Source of the DNA: Enterobacteria phage mEp460
Sequence record: NC_019716.1
Reading direction: 5' to 3' (one strand)
Length of the DNA: 44,510 nucleotides
Part shown: positions 1-9,515 of the stretch, in pieces
Position numbering within the stretch: position 1 is the stretch's first letter
Layout: every line of letters starts with the position of its first letter
The notes under the pieces: model-generated
Seen by the model: the letters and a program-made list of their open reading frames with translations, nothing else
Told to the model about the DNA's origin: nothing
The model's database searches: none
Made by a program: the position numbers and the translations under genes

Positions 1-519
1 ATGTTTAAAACATTCTGGAGCGGGTACGGATCGAGAGTTAAAAATCTGACGCTGAATATCAGTCAACTGGCGGCACTGTCAGGTGTACATCGCCAGACTG
101 CTGCGGCAAGGCTGCAAAATCTACCCGTTGCAGGGGGGCATGAAAGCAACCTCAAGCTTTATCGGGTGGTTGATATTGTGTCGGCATTTCTGGCATTACC
201 ACCGCCGGTTGCAGAAGGCGAAATGGACGCGCATGAGCGCAAAGCCTGGTATCAGTCTGAACGTGAGCGTCTTAAGTTCGAACAGGAAACGGCACAACTC
301 ATTCCGGCCAGTGATGTCAGACGGGAGTTTGCCATCTGGGCAAAAGCGGTCGTGCAGGTGCTGGAGACATTACCGGATATTCTTGAACGTGACTGCGGTC
401 TGCAGCCTGCCGCTGTGAGCCGTGTTCAGTCCATTATTGATGATCTGCGCGATCAGATAGCCCTGCGGGTGACTGAAGCAGGTGCGGATGATGAGGAGGA
501 ATTACAGCAGGAGGAGTAA
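1..519 (+). CDS. Terminase small subunit (Nu1-like DNA-recognition subunit)
   Basis: 172-aa ORF with N-terminal HTH-like region resembling lambda Nu1; stop overlaps the ATG of the large terminase (TAATG). True start may be internal (GTG/TTG) or lie outside the window. Confidence 0.7.
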   Translation: MFKTFWSGYGSRVKNLTLNISQLAALSGVHRQTAAARLQNLPVAGGHESNLKLYRVVDIVSAFLALPPPVAEGEMDAHERKAWYQSERERLKFEQETAQLIPASDVRREFAIWAKAVVQVLETLPDILERDCGLQPAAVSRVQSIIDDLRDQIALRVTEAGADDEEELQQEE

Positions 520-2621
520 TGCTGAATCAGGAAACCGCAAAGGCAGCACGAACCGATTCAGGTTATATCCTTCGCGCACCGAGACGAATGCGGGTTGCTG
601 ATGCCGTTGCTCAGTATATGCGGGTGCCCATGGGGGCAGGGAACTCAGTCCCGTGGGATCCGCTGGTGGCACCGTATGTTATTGAGCCGATGAACTGCCT
701 GGCCTCGCGTGAATACGACGCAGTGATATTTGTTGGTCCGGCACGAACCGGCAAGACTATCGGCCTGATTGACGGCTGGGTGATTTACAACGTGATTTGC
801 GATCCTGCGGATATGCTGATCATTCAGATGACGGAGGAAAAAGCCCGCGAACACTCCAAAAAACGACTTGCCAGAACGTTTCGCGTCAGCCCGGAAGTGG
901 TCAGTCGCCTGAGTCCGAACAAAAATGACAACAACGTTTATGACAGAACATTCCTTGCTGGCAACTACCTGAAAATCGGCTGGCCGTCAGTCAATATCAT
1001 GTCCTCATCAGATTATAAATGCGTGGCGCTGACGGATTATGACCGTTTTCCGGAAGATATTGATGGCGAGGGGGATGCCTTCTCTCTTGCCTCAAAACGT
1101 ACCACCACATTTATGTCCAGTGGTATGACGCTGGTGGAGAGTTCCCCCGGCAGGGATGTGAAGGATGTGAAATGGCGACGGACTTCACCGCATGAGGCTC
1201 CACCAACCACGGGGATACTGTCGCTCTATAACCGTGGCGATCGCCGTCGCTGGTACTGGCCCTGTCCACACTGTGGTGAGTATTTTCAGCCCTGCGGCGA
1301 TGTGGTTGCTGGTTTCCGTGATATTGCCGATCCCGTGCTGGCAAGTGAGGCGGCTTATATTCAGTGTCCTTCCTGTTCAGGACGGATTATGCCTGAACAA
1401 AAACGTGAGCTGAACGGACGTGGGGTCTGGTTGCGGGATGGTGAATCCATCAATGCGGATGGTAGTCGTTATGGTGATCCCCGACGCTCACGTATTGCGT
1501 CATTCTGGATGGAGGGGCCGGCAGCTGCTTACCAGACACTCTCGCAACTCGTTTACAAACTGCTTACTGCAGAACAGGAATACGAGACAACCGGAAGTGA
1601 AGAAACACTCAAGACGGTTATCAATACCGACTGGGGATTACCTTATCTTCCCCGCGCCAGCATGGAGCAACGAAAAAGTGAACTGCTTGAGCAGCGGGCA
1701 GAGCCAGTTCCTTCCCGCAGTGTGCCGGATGGCGTTAATTTCCTTGTGGCGACAGTGGATGTGCAGGCGGGACGTCATCGCCGTTTTGTGGTTCAGGTAA
1801 CGGGCTATGGCAGCCGTGGCGAACGCTGGATTATTGATCGTTACAACATCACGCAGTCATTGCGCGGTGACAGCGACGGGGAGAGCCAGCGAATTGATCC
1901 GGCCAGCTATCCGGAAGACTGGGATGTCCTGCTGACGGATGTTTTTCATAAAAGCTGGCCGCTGGCCTCCGATCCTTCTCAACAAATGCGACTGATGGCA
2001 ATGGCGGTGGACTCCGGCGGTGAGGACGGGGTCACTGATAATGCCTATAAATTCTGGCGTCGTTGCCGTCGTGATGGCCTTGGTAAACGTATTTACCTGT
2101 TTAAGGGCGACAGCATCCGGCGCGCAAAACTGATCAGCCGTACATTCCCTGATAACACCGGACGAACGGGCCGACGGGCGCAGGCCGCAGGTGATGTGCC
2201 GCTCTGGCTTCTTCAGACGGATGCCCTGAAAGACCGGGTGAATAACGCGTTATGGCGTGACTCGCCAGGTCCCGGCTATGTGCATTTCCCTGACTGGCTG
2301 GGAAGCTGGTTTTACGACGAACTGACGTATGAAGAGCGGAGCAGTGACGGGAAATGGAGTAAGCCGGGTCGCGGTGCCAACGAAGCTTTTGACCTGATGG
2401 TGTATGCCGAGGCTCTGGTCATTCTGCATGGATACGAAAAGATCCGCTGGCCGGATGCACCGGAGTGGGCGAGCCGGGAAACCTGGCTGGAGTGTGTCCC
2501 GGACAGTACCGAACCGTCACCCACACCGGAACCGGTATCCACGCCTGTTAAAAAACAAAAACGGAAGAAAACAGTAACTGACGATGTTAACCCCTGGCTG
2601 ACTTCCGGAGGATGGTTATGA
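519..2621 (+). CDS. Terminase large subunit (gpA-like ATPase/nuclease)
   Basis: 700-aa ORF with Walker A-like motif (GPARTGKT), gpA-type architecture, immediately after small subunit. Confidence 0.9.
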   Translation: MLNQETAKAARTDSGYILRAPRRMRVADAVAQYMRVPMGAGNSVPWDPLVAPYVIEPMNCLASREYDAVIFVGPARTGKTIGLIDGWVIYNVICDPADMLIIQMTEEKAREHSKKRLARTFRVSPEVVSRLSPNKNDNNVYDRTFLAGNYLKIGWPSVNIMSSSDYKCVALTDYDRFPEDIDGEGDAFSLASKRTTTFMSSGMTLVESSPGRDVKDVKWRRTSPHEAPPTTGILSLYNRGDRRRWYWPCPHCGEYFQPCGDVVAGFRDIADPVLASEAAYIQCPSCSGRIMPEQKRELNGRGVWLRDGESINADGSRYGDPRRSRIASFWMEGPAAAYQTLSQLVYKLLTAEQEYETTGSEETLKTVINTDWGLPYLPRASMEQRKSELLEQRAEPVPSRSVPDGVNFLVATVDVQAGRHRRFVVQVTGYGSRGERWIIDRYNITQSLRGDSDGESQRIDPASYPEDWDVLLTDVFHKSWPLASDPSQQMRLMAMAVDSGGEDGVTDNAYKFWRRCRRDGLGKRIYLFKGDSIRRAKLISRTFPDNTGRTGRRAQAAGDVPLWLLQTDALKDRVNNALWRDSPGPGYVHFPDWLGSWFYDELTYEERSSDGKWSKPGRGANEAFDLMVYAEALVILHGYEKIRWPDAPEWASRETWLECVPDSTEPSPTPEPVSTPVKKQKRKKTVTDDVNPWLTSGGWL

Positions 2622-2830
2622 ACCAGAATGATATTGAAGCCATGATTCAGCGTTATACGGAAGCTGAAATGGCGGTGCTGGACGGAAAATCCGTCACTTT
2701 TAATGGTCAGCAGATGACCATGGAAAACTTATCTGAGATCCGGCAGGGTCGGCAGGAGTGGGAGCGCCGCCTTGCGGCTCTGATTACACGACGACGGGGG
2801 CATCCCGGGTACCGGCTGGCGAGGTTCTGA
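2618..2830 (+). CDS. Head-tail joining protein gpW-like
   Basis: 70-aa ORF resembling lambda gpW, positioned between terminase and portal; GGAGGA SD 6 nt upstream of ATG 2618; stop overlaps portal ATG. Confidence 0.7.
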   Translation: MNQNDIEAMIQRYTEAEMAVLDGKSVTFNGQQMTMENLSEIRQGRQEWERRLAALITRRRGHPGYRLARF

Positions 2831-4338
2831 TGGCAATTCTTGATGATGTGATTGGCGTTTTTTCACCTGGATGGAAAGCGGCAAGGCTGCGTTCCCGTGC
2901 GGTGATCCAGGCTTATGAGGCCGTAAAAACGACGCGGACACACAAAGCCCGGCGGGAAAACCGAACTGCCGACCAGTTAAGCCAGTACGGGGCCGTGTCG
3001 TTACGTGAGCAGGCCCGTTACCTTGATAACAACCACGATCTGGTTATTGGTGTATTTGACAAGCTGGAAGAACGGGTGGTGGGGAAAAACGGGATTATTG
3101 TCGAGCCACATCCGGTATCACGCAATGGGGCCATTGCCCGTGACCTGGCAGCGGAGATACGCACCCGATGGAGTGAATGGTCTGTCAGTCCGGAAGTCAC
3201 CGGGCAGTTCACCCGCCCGATGCTGGAACGTCTGATGCTGCGTACCTGGCTGCGCGATGGTGAGGTGTTTGCCCAGATGGTTTCCGGGCGCATAAACAGC
3301 CTGACGCCTTCTGCCGGTGTTCATTTCTGGCTGGAGGCGCTCGAGCCGGACTTTATTCCCATGACCAGTGATGAGAGCAACAGGCTGAATCAGGGCGTGT
3401 TTGTTGATGACTGGGGGCGTCCCGAAAAATATCTGGTGTATAAAAGCCGTCCCGTATCCGGACGGCAGATGGAAACCAAAGAAGTGGATGCAGAGCGAAT
3501 GCTGCATCTTAAATTTGTTCGCCGTCTGCACCAGATGCGCGGGACGTCTTTGTTGTCCGGTGTGCTGATCCGCCTCAGTGCCCTGAAAGAGTATGAAGAT
3601 TCTGAGCTGACTGCAGCAAGGATCGCCGCTGCTCTGGGGATGTACATCCGCAAAGGCGACGGGCAGAGCTATGAACCGGATGGTAATGGCAGCAAGGATA
3701 AGGAACGCGAGCTTACCATTCAGCCAGGCATTATTTACGACGATCTGAAACCCGGCGAAGAAATCGGAATGGTGAAGTCGGATCGTCCCAATCCTAACCT
3801 TGAAACTTTTCGTAATGGTCAGTTGCGTGCCGTGGCGGCGGGCAGTCGTCTGAGTTTTTCCAGTACAGCGCGCAACTATAACGGCACTTACAGCGCCCAG
3901 CGTCAGGAGCTGGTTGAATCCACTGATGGCTACCTGATCCTGCAGGACTGGTTTATTGGTGCCGTCACCCGCCCGATGTATCGTGCCTGGCTGAAACAGG
4001 CTGTGGCATCCGGTGTTATCAGACTACCCCGCGATCTTGACCGTTCTTCACTGTATACCGCGGTGTATTCCGGACCGGTGATGCCGTGGATTGACCCTGT
4101 TAAGGAGGCTGAGGCCTGGAAAATTCAGATTCGTGGTGGAGCAGCGACAGAATCAGACTGGGTACGTGCAGGTGGTCGTAATCCGGATGATGTCAAACGT
4201 CGGCGCAAGGCCGAAATTGATGAAAACCGCAAGCTGGATCTGGTATTTGATACCGATCCGGCCAGTGATAAAGGAGGCAGCAGTGCCGCAACGAAACGAC
4301 AGGAGCCGCAGCACACCGACGACCAGTCCGAAGAATAA
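2830..4338 (+). CDS. Portal protein (gpB-like)
   Basis: About 500-aa ORF in portal position; ATG overlaps gpW stop (TGATG); ORF-track start at 2758 is an upstream extension in the same frame. Confidence 0.85.
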   Translation: MAILDDVIGVFSPGWKAARLRSRAVIQAYEAVKTTRTHKARRENRTADQLSQYGAVSLREQARYLDNNHDLVIGVFDKLEERVVGKNGIIVEPHPVSRNGAIARDLAAEIRTRWSEWSVSPEVTGQFTRPMLERLMLRTWLRDGEVFAQMVSGRINSLTPSAGVHFWLEALEPDFIPMTSDESNRLNQGVFVDDWGRPEKYLVYKSRPVSGRQMETKEVDAERMLHLKFVRRLHQMRGTSLLSGVLIRLSALKEYEDSELTAARIAAALGMYIRKGDGQSYEPDGNGSKDKERELTIQPGIIYDDLKPGEEIGMVKSDRPNPNLETFRNGQLRAVAAGSRLSFSSTARNYNGTYSAQRQELVESTDGYLILQDWFIGAVTRPMYRAWLKQAVASGVIRLPRDLDRSSLYTAVYSGPVMPWIDPVKEAEAWKIQIRGGAATESDWVRAGGRNPDDVKRRRKAEIDENRKLDLVFDTDPASDKGGSSAATKRQEPQHTDDQSEE

Positions 4339-4351
4339 TTCCTGGTTCAGG

Positions 4352-6310
4352 ATGCAGGCTGGTCACCAGAGTGACGCGGATATTTATATTTATGACGAGA
4401 TTGGTTTCTGGGGTGTTACAGCGAAGCAGTTTATCAGTGATCTGAATGCACTGGGCGATATCACCCACATTAATCTCCATATTAATTCACCGGGTGGCGA
4501 TGTCTTTGAAGGCATCGCCATTTTTAATGCGCTGAAAACACATGGTGCGTCCATTACCGTTTATGTCGACGGTGTGGCGGCGTCAATGGCGTCGGTCATT
4601 GCGATGGTGGGAAACCCGGTCATTATGCCGGAAAACACCTTCATGATGATTCATAAACCATTTGGCTTTACGGGCGGTGATGCGGAGGACATGCGCACCT
4701 ATGCCGACCTGCTCGATAAAGTTGAGGCGGTTCTGTTACCCGCTTATGCACAGAAAACCGGGAAAACCACCGATGAAATTGCTGCCATGCTGGCGGATGA
4801 GACCTGGATGTCCGGTGCCGAATGTCTGGCACATGGATTTGCTGATCAGGTGACACCAGCCGTTAAGGCAATGGCATGTATTCAGTCAAAACGTACAGAG
4901 GAATTTAAAAAGATGCCGGAATCCATTCGAAATATGATTACTCCGCCACGCAACAGTGCTCCACGCGTACAGGATGATGGACCTGCAGCCTCCCGGACGC
5001 CAGTGCAGGCAGCAGCACCCGTGGTGGATGAAAACAGCATCCGTGCGCAGGTCCTGGCAGAGCAAAAAGCGCGTGTAAACGGTATTAATGATCTGTTTGC
5101 CATGTTTGGCGGGCGTTATCAGTCGTTGCAGGCTCAGTGTCTTGCCGATCCTGAATGTTCGCTGGAGCAGGCCCGCGAAAAGCTGTTGAACGAGATGGGG
5201 CGCGAGTCCACGCCATCCAATAAAAATACCCCGGCTCATATTTATGCCGGTAACGGTAATTTTGTGGGGGACGGGATCCGCCAGGCGCTGATGGCGCGCG
5301 CCGGGTTTGAAAAAACCGAACGTGATAATGTCTACAACGGGATGACCCTGCGTGAATATGCCCGTATGTCACTAACTGAACGTGGTATTGGTGTTTCCAG
5401 TTATAACCCGATGCAGATGGTCGGTGCGGCGTTCACACACAGTACGTCTGACTTCGGTAATATTCTGCTGGATGTTGCGAACAAAGCCATTCTGCAGGGC
5501 TGGGAAGATGCCCCTGAAACCTATGAACAGTGGACGCGGAAAGGTCAGTTGTCTGATTTTAAAATTGCCCATCGTGTGGGTATGGGGGGCTTCAGTGCTC
5601 TGCGTCAGGTGCGTGAAGGGGCAGAATATAAATACGTCACCACCGGAGATAAACAGGCCACTATTGCACTGGCGACCTATGGCGAGCTGTTCAGTATCAC
5701 CCGTCAGGCCATTATCAATGATGATCTGAATATGCTGACCGATGTCCCGATGAAGCTGGGCCGTGCGGCGAAATCCACTATTGCCGATCTGGTTTATGCC
5801 ATTCTGACGTCTAACCCGAAAATCTCCACAGATAATGTAAGTCTGTTCGATAAAGCGAAACATGCAAACGTACTGGAGAGCGCGGCAATGGACGTGGCAT
5901 CGCTGGATAAAGCCCGCCAGTTGATGCGCGTTCAGAAAGAGGGGGAGCGTCATCTGAATATTCGTCCTGCGTTCGTACTGGTACCGACGGCGATGGAGTC
6001 TGTTGCTAACCAGGTCATTCGCTCCTCAAGTGTCAAGGGGGCTGACATTAACGCCGGTATTATTAACCCGGTGAAAGATTTTGCGACCGTTATTGCAGAG
6101 CCTCGTCTTGATGATAACAGCCAGACCACCTTCTACCTGGCTGCGTCAAAAGGCTCCGATACGATTGAAGTGGCTTATCTCAACGGTGTGGATACGCCAT
6201 ATATTGATCAGATGGAGGGCTTCAGTGTGGATGGCGTGACAACGAAAGTGCGTATTGACGCCGGTGTCGCGCCAGTTGATCACCGCGGTCTGGTGAAATG
6301 TACGGCGTAA
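4352..6310 (+). CDS. Fused prohead protease (ClpP/S14-like) and major capsid protein (HK97 fold)
   Basis: N-terminal ClpP-like region (IYIYDEIGFWG...INSPGGDVFEG...SMASVIAM) followed by capsid-like C-terminal half; ORF-track start 4091 overlaps portal, ATG 4352 preferred. Confidence 0.8.
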   Translation: MQAGHQSDADIYIYDEIGFWGVTAKQFISDLNALGDITHINLHINSPGGDVFEGIAIFNALKTHGASITVYVDGVAASMASVIAMVGNPVIMPENTFMMIHKPFGFTGGDAEDMRTYADLLDKVEAVLLPAYAQKTGKTTDEIAAMLADETWMSGAECLAHGFADQVTPAVKAMACIQSKRTEEFKKMPESIRNMITPPRNSAPRVQDDGPAASRTPVQAAAPVVDENSIRAQVLAEQKARVNGINDLFAMFGGRYQSLQAQCLADPECSLEQAREKLLNEMGRESTPSNKNTPAHIYAGNGNFVGDGIRQALMARAGFEKTERDNVYNGMTLREYARMSLTERGIGVSSYNPMQMVGAAFTHSTSDFGNILLDVANKAILQGWEDAPETYEQWTRKGQLSDFKIAHRVGMGGFSALRQVREGAEYKYVTTGDKQATIALATYGELFSITRQAIINDDLNMLTDVPMKLGRAAKSTIADLVYAILTSNPKISTDNVSLFDKAKHANVLESAAMDVASLDKARQLMRVQKEGERHLNIRPAFVLVPTAMESVANQVIRSSSVKGADINAGIINPVKDFATVIAEPRLDDNSQTTFYLAASKGSDTIEVAYLNGVDTPYIDQMEGFSVDGVTTKVRIDAGVAPVDHRGLVKCTA

Positions 6311-6333
6311 ACGTCGCAGACAACAACTCTGAT

Positions 6334-6354
6334 GGCCCGTAAGGGCTTTTTTTG
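6334..6354 (+). terminator. Intrinsic terminator/attenuator after capsid gene
   Basis: GGCCCGTAAGGGC hairpin followed by TTTTTTT, 24 nt after capsid stop. Confidence 0.6.
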
Positions 6355-6396
6355 TACCTGAAATCAGCCCCTGAACGGGGCTGTGCGGAGACAGTT

Positions 6397-6720
6397 ATGG
6401 CAAAGAATTTTGTAGAAGAAGGAAAAACGGTGGCGATTGTTGCCAGTGCAGCCATCAGCAGCGGAGATCTGGTGCAGGTGGGTGATGTTTTTGCGGTGGC
6501 ACTGACCGATATTCCACAGGGTGAAACAGGCGACGGCCTGACCGAAGGTGTATTTATGCTGCCTAAGCTGAAAACGGATGACATGAAAACGGGTAAGAAG
6601 GTTTATCTGAAGTCCGGAAAAGTTCAGCTGACTAACAGCGGCTCTGATCCGCTGGTCGGGGTTGTCTGGGCAGATGCCGGAACCAGTGCAGAAGAAGTGC
6701 CGGTAAAACTCAATGTCTGA
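6397..6720 (+). CDS. Putative head decoration/cement protein (DUF2190-like)
   Basis: 107-aa ORF after capsid gene, Gly/Val-rich beta-type composition; ATG 6397 chosen over track start 6352. Confidence 0.45.
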   Translation: MAKNFVEEGKTVAIVASAAISSGDLVQVGDVFAVALTDIPQGETGDGLTEGVFMLPKLKTDDMKTGKKVYLKSGKVQLTNSGSDPLVGVVWADAGTSAEEVPVKLNV

Positions 6721-6988
6721 TCCCTTTTCCCGGCTGGCAGCGCGTATGGATGCGATCACGGTCAGAAAGATGGGAAAGACAGCCTCGATTAATGATGTCG
6801 ATATGACTGTGATCCCGGGAGAAACACTGGCAGAGCTGAATGCTCTGTCCGGACCTGCGGTATCTCTGGTGGTGTTTTCTTCGGGATACCGCCCACGGCG
6901 CGGGGATCGCGTTGTTTATGACGGACAACAATGGACGGTCACACGGCATGAACGCTTTAACGGTAAGCCAATGATCTTTATTGAGTAA
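6713..6988 (+). CDS. Head-tail connector/joining protein (small prophage head-completion family)
   Basis: 91-aa ORF overlapping previous stop, between head and tail-completion genes. Confidence 0.45.
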   Translation: MSDPFSRLAARMDAITVRKMGKTASINDVDMTVIPGETLAELNALSGPAVSLVVFSSGYRPRRGDRVVYDGQQWTVTRHERFNGKPMIFIE

Positions 6989-6999
6989 AGAGGTGTGGG

Positions 7000-7578
7000 A
7001 TGAAGGGGCTTGAGAATGCCATCCGCAATCTGAACAGCCTTGATACCCGTATGGTGCCACAGGCCAGCGCATGGGCGATAAACCGTGTGGCACAGAAAGC
7101 GGTCTCGGTTGCCACCCGGCAGGTTGCCGGGAATACCGTTGCGGGAGATAACCAGGTGAAAGGGATCCCCCTGAAACTGGTACGTCAGCGTGTCCGGGTG
7201 TTTAAAGCCAGTCCGTCAGGAAAAATGACGGCCAGGATCCGCGTTAACCGGGGCAATCTGCCCGCCATTAAGCTGGGGACAGCCCGGGTCAGACTGGCCC
7301 GGCGTGGTGGAAAACTGCAGTACCGTGGCAGTGTGCTGAAGGTGGGTAAATATCTTTTCCGGGATGCGTTTATTCAGCAACTGGCGAATGGTCGCTGGCA
7401 TGTGATGCGGCGTATTGATGGCAAAAATCGTTACCCCATTGATGTGGTGAAAATCCCGCTGTCCGGACCGCTGACACAGGCATTTGAAGATGCCCGCGAC
7501 CGCATCATTGCTGCGGAAATGCCGAAACAGCTGGGGTATGCACTGAAACAACAACTGAGGTTATGGCTGACCCGATGA
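7000..7578 (+). CDS. Z: Tail completion protein Z
   Basis: 192 aa, same length and N-terminus (MKGLE...) as lambda gpZ; AAAGAGGTG SD upstream. Confidence 0.8.
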   Translation: MKGLENAIRNLNSLDTRMVPQASAWAINRVAQKAVSVATRQVAGNTVAGDNQVKGIPLKLVRQRVRVFKASPSGKMTARIRVNRGNLPAIKLGTARVRLARRGGKLQYRGSVLKVGKYLFRDAFIQQLANGRWHVMRRIDGKNRYPIDVVKIPLSGPLTQAFEDARDRIIAAEMPKQLGYALKQQLRLWLTR

Positions 7579-7976
7579 ACCGACATACACAAATCCGCCA
7601 GGCCGTACTGGCACGCCTTCGGGAACAGTGTGGAGACAGCGCCACGTTTTTTGACGGGCTTCCGGCATTTGTTGATGCGCAGGAACTGCCTGCCGTGGCG
7701 GTGTGGCTGAGTGATGCTCAGTACACCGGAAAAATGACGGATGAAGATGACTGGCAGGCTGTTCTGCATATTGCTGTCTTCATCCGGGCACAGGCACCGG
7801 ATTCAGAGCTGGATATGTGGATGGAGAGCACCATTTTCCCGGCCCTGAATGATGTACCGGCACTTTCCGGACTCATCGACACCCTGATCCCACTCGGTTT
7901 TAACTATCAACGTGATAATGAGATGGCCACCTGGGCGATGGCGGAAATCACGTACCAGATCACGTACACGAATTAA
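7575..7976 (+). CDS. U: Tail terminator protein U
   Basis: Resembles lambda gpU (ATFFDG...PAVAVWL...DSELDMWMES); start at second ATG (MNRHTQIRQAVL) by alignment to lambda U. Confidence 0.8.
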   Translation: MNRHTQIRQAVLARLREQCGDSATFFDGLPAFVDAQELPAVAVWLSDAQYTGKMTDEDDWQAVLHIAVFIRAQAPDSELDMWMESTIFPALNDVPALSGLIDTLIPLGFNYQRDNEMATWAMAEITYQITYTN

Positions 7977-7986
7977 GGAGGTGGCA

Positions 7987-8730
7987 ATGACCACACCAAA
8001 TCCACTGGCAAAAACGAAAGGTGCGGGAACGACGTTCTGGATGTACACCGGCAAGGGTGATGCGTTTGCGAACCCTTTATCGGACACTGACTGGCTGCGT
8101 CTTGCGATGGTGAAGGATCTGCAACCTGGCGAAATGACCGCTGATGCAGAAGATGACACTTATCTCGATGATGAAGATGCAGACTGGAAAACGACAACCC
8201 AGGGGCAGAAATCCGTCGGTGATACTTCGGCGACGCTGGCCTGGCGTCCGGGTGACAGCGGGCAGAAAAAACTGGTTCAGTTGTTCGACTCCGGTGAAGT
8301 CTGCGCGTTTCGTATCAAATATCCCAACGGTACTGTTGATGTTTTCCGTGGCTGGCTGAGTTCACTGGGTAAAACCATTGCCTCAAAAGACGTGATGACC
8401 CGCACCGTGAAAATCAGCGGTGTGGGGCGTCCATATCTGGCAGAGGAGGGCACTGAAACTGTGGGCGTTACCGGGCTGACGGTGGCACCGGCATCCGCCA
8501 GTGTCAATGTGGGAGCAACCACCACGCTGACCTTTACAGTAAAACCTGACGGAGCCAGTGACAAAGCGATCAGTGTGCATTCGACAGATCCACAGACAGC
8601 CACTGTGACCCTGAACGGACTTGTGGCCACGGTGAAAGGCGTGAAGCAGGGCAGTGTCAGCATTGTGGGCATGACTTCTGACGGCGATTTTGTGGCAGTG
8701 GCTACGGTGGCTGTCAGCGCCGCAGGTTAA
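7987..8730 (+). CDS. V: Major tail tube protein V with C-terminal Ig-like (Big_2) domain
   Basis: 247 aa; near-colinear with lambda gpV (KGAGTT.W.Y.G.GD..ANPLSD.DW.RLA.VKDL.PGE.TA...DD.YLDDEDADW...GQKS.GDTS.TLAW.PG). Confidence 0.9.
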   Translation: MTTPNPLAKTKGAGTTFWMYTGKGDAFANPLSDTDWLRLAMVKDLQPGEMTADAEDDTYLDDEDADWKTTTQGQKSVGDTSATLAWRPGDSGQKKLVQLFDSGEVCAFRIKYPNGTVDVFRGWLSSLGKTIASKDVMTRTVKISGVGRPYLAEEGTETVGVTGLTVAPASASVNVGATTTLTFTVKPDGASDKAISVHSTDPQTATVTLNGLVATVKGVKQGSVSIVGMTSDGDFVAVATVAVSAAG

Positions 8731-8750
8731 CAGGATGATACTCATCATTT

Positions 8751-8774
8751 GCCCCGGTTATTCGGGGCTTTTTT
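8751..8774 (+). terminator. Intrinsic terminator/attenuator after V
   Basis: GCCCCG-GTTATT-CGGGGC hairpin followed by TTTTTT. Confidence 0.55.
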
Positions 8775-8790
8775 GCAGGTGGAGAATATG

Positions 8791-9177
8791 ATGTTTCTGA
8801 AACAGGGCACGTTTAATTATGAAAAACAGTCCGTGGTGCTCAGTGAGCTGTCCGGGCTGCAGAGAATTGAATATCTGGCGTTTGTTCAGCAGCGAACGGC
8901 AAAGTTTGATGCCGGGGAGGGAGAACTGCCGGAGGCTGAACGACAGATTGCTTTTCTGCGGATGGGGATGGATATCAATGCCTGGCTGGTTTCCCGCTCA
9001 CTGTGGAATGCGGATCAGTCTAAGGATGTAGAGACGCTTTGCGCATCCGTTATTACAACATGGTCGTATGATGCCCTGGGTGCGGGGGCGGAGATGGTTC
9101 TGTCGCTGAGCGGTATGGGGGCCATTGATAATGCCGGGGATGATGAGCATGAGGCGCTGACGCCGGAAAAGTCCTGA
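8791..9177 (+). CDS. G: Tail assembly chaperone G
   Basis: Starts MFLK like lambda gpG, LSELS.LQRIE.LA motif; followed by T in the -1 frame. Confidence 0.8.
   Translation: MFLKQGTFNYEKQSVVLSELSGLQRIEYLAFVQQRTAKFDAGEGELPEAERQIAFLRMGMDINAWLVSRSLWNADQSKDVETLCASVITTWSYDALGAGAEMVLSLSGMGAIDNAGDDEHEALTPEKS
9165..9171 (+). other. Putative -1 programmed ribosomal frameshift slippery site (GGAAAAG) for G-T fusion
   Basis: Only A AAG/A AAA slippery candidate in the 25-nt interval where both frames are open; lambda uses GGGAAAG at the equivalent position. Confidence 0.5.
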
Positions 9178-9185
9178 CGCGGGAA

Positions 9186-9515
9186 ATGCAGTTTGTCATG
9201 CGGCTTGCCCGGGAGTTCCGGCGGGCAGACTGGCGGCGGATGCTGTCGGAAATGTCGGCCACTGAGCTTGGTGAGTGGGGCGATTATTTCCGGATGCAGA
9301 GCTTCAGTGATGTGTGGATGGATGCGCAGTTTGCCTCGCTGAAGGCATTGATCGTGAGAATGGTGTCCGGCAGCAGTGATGCTGCGGTGGCTGATTTCAG
9401 CCTTTTACCGGAAGAGAACGGGATACCGGAGCGAACGGACGAAGAACTGATGCATCTTGGGGAAGGTATTTCCGGAGGTGTGCGTTATGGACCAGATAGC
9501 CAACCTGGTCATTGA
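9186..9515 (+). CDS. T: Tail assembly chaperone T segment (expressed as G-T fusion by -1 frameshift)
   Basis: ORF in -1 frame relative to G; the -1 frame opens at 9153 within the last 8 codons of G; no RBS of its own. Confidence 0.7.
   Translation: MQFVMRLAREFRRADWRRMLSEMSATELGEWGDYFRMQSFSDVWMDAQFASLKALIVRMVSGSSDAAVADFSLLPEENGIPERTDEELMHLGEGISGGVRYGPDSQPGH

Noticed and set aside
83-418. 111-aa ORF in an alternative frame inside the small terminase gene
   Set aside because: Fully overlapped by the better-supported terminase frame.
4091-4351. N-terminal extension of the protease-capsid ORF back to 4091
   Set aside because: Overlaps the portal gene for 250 nt; ATG 4352 directly follows the portal stop and begins the ClpP-like domain.
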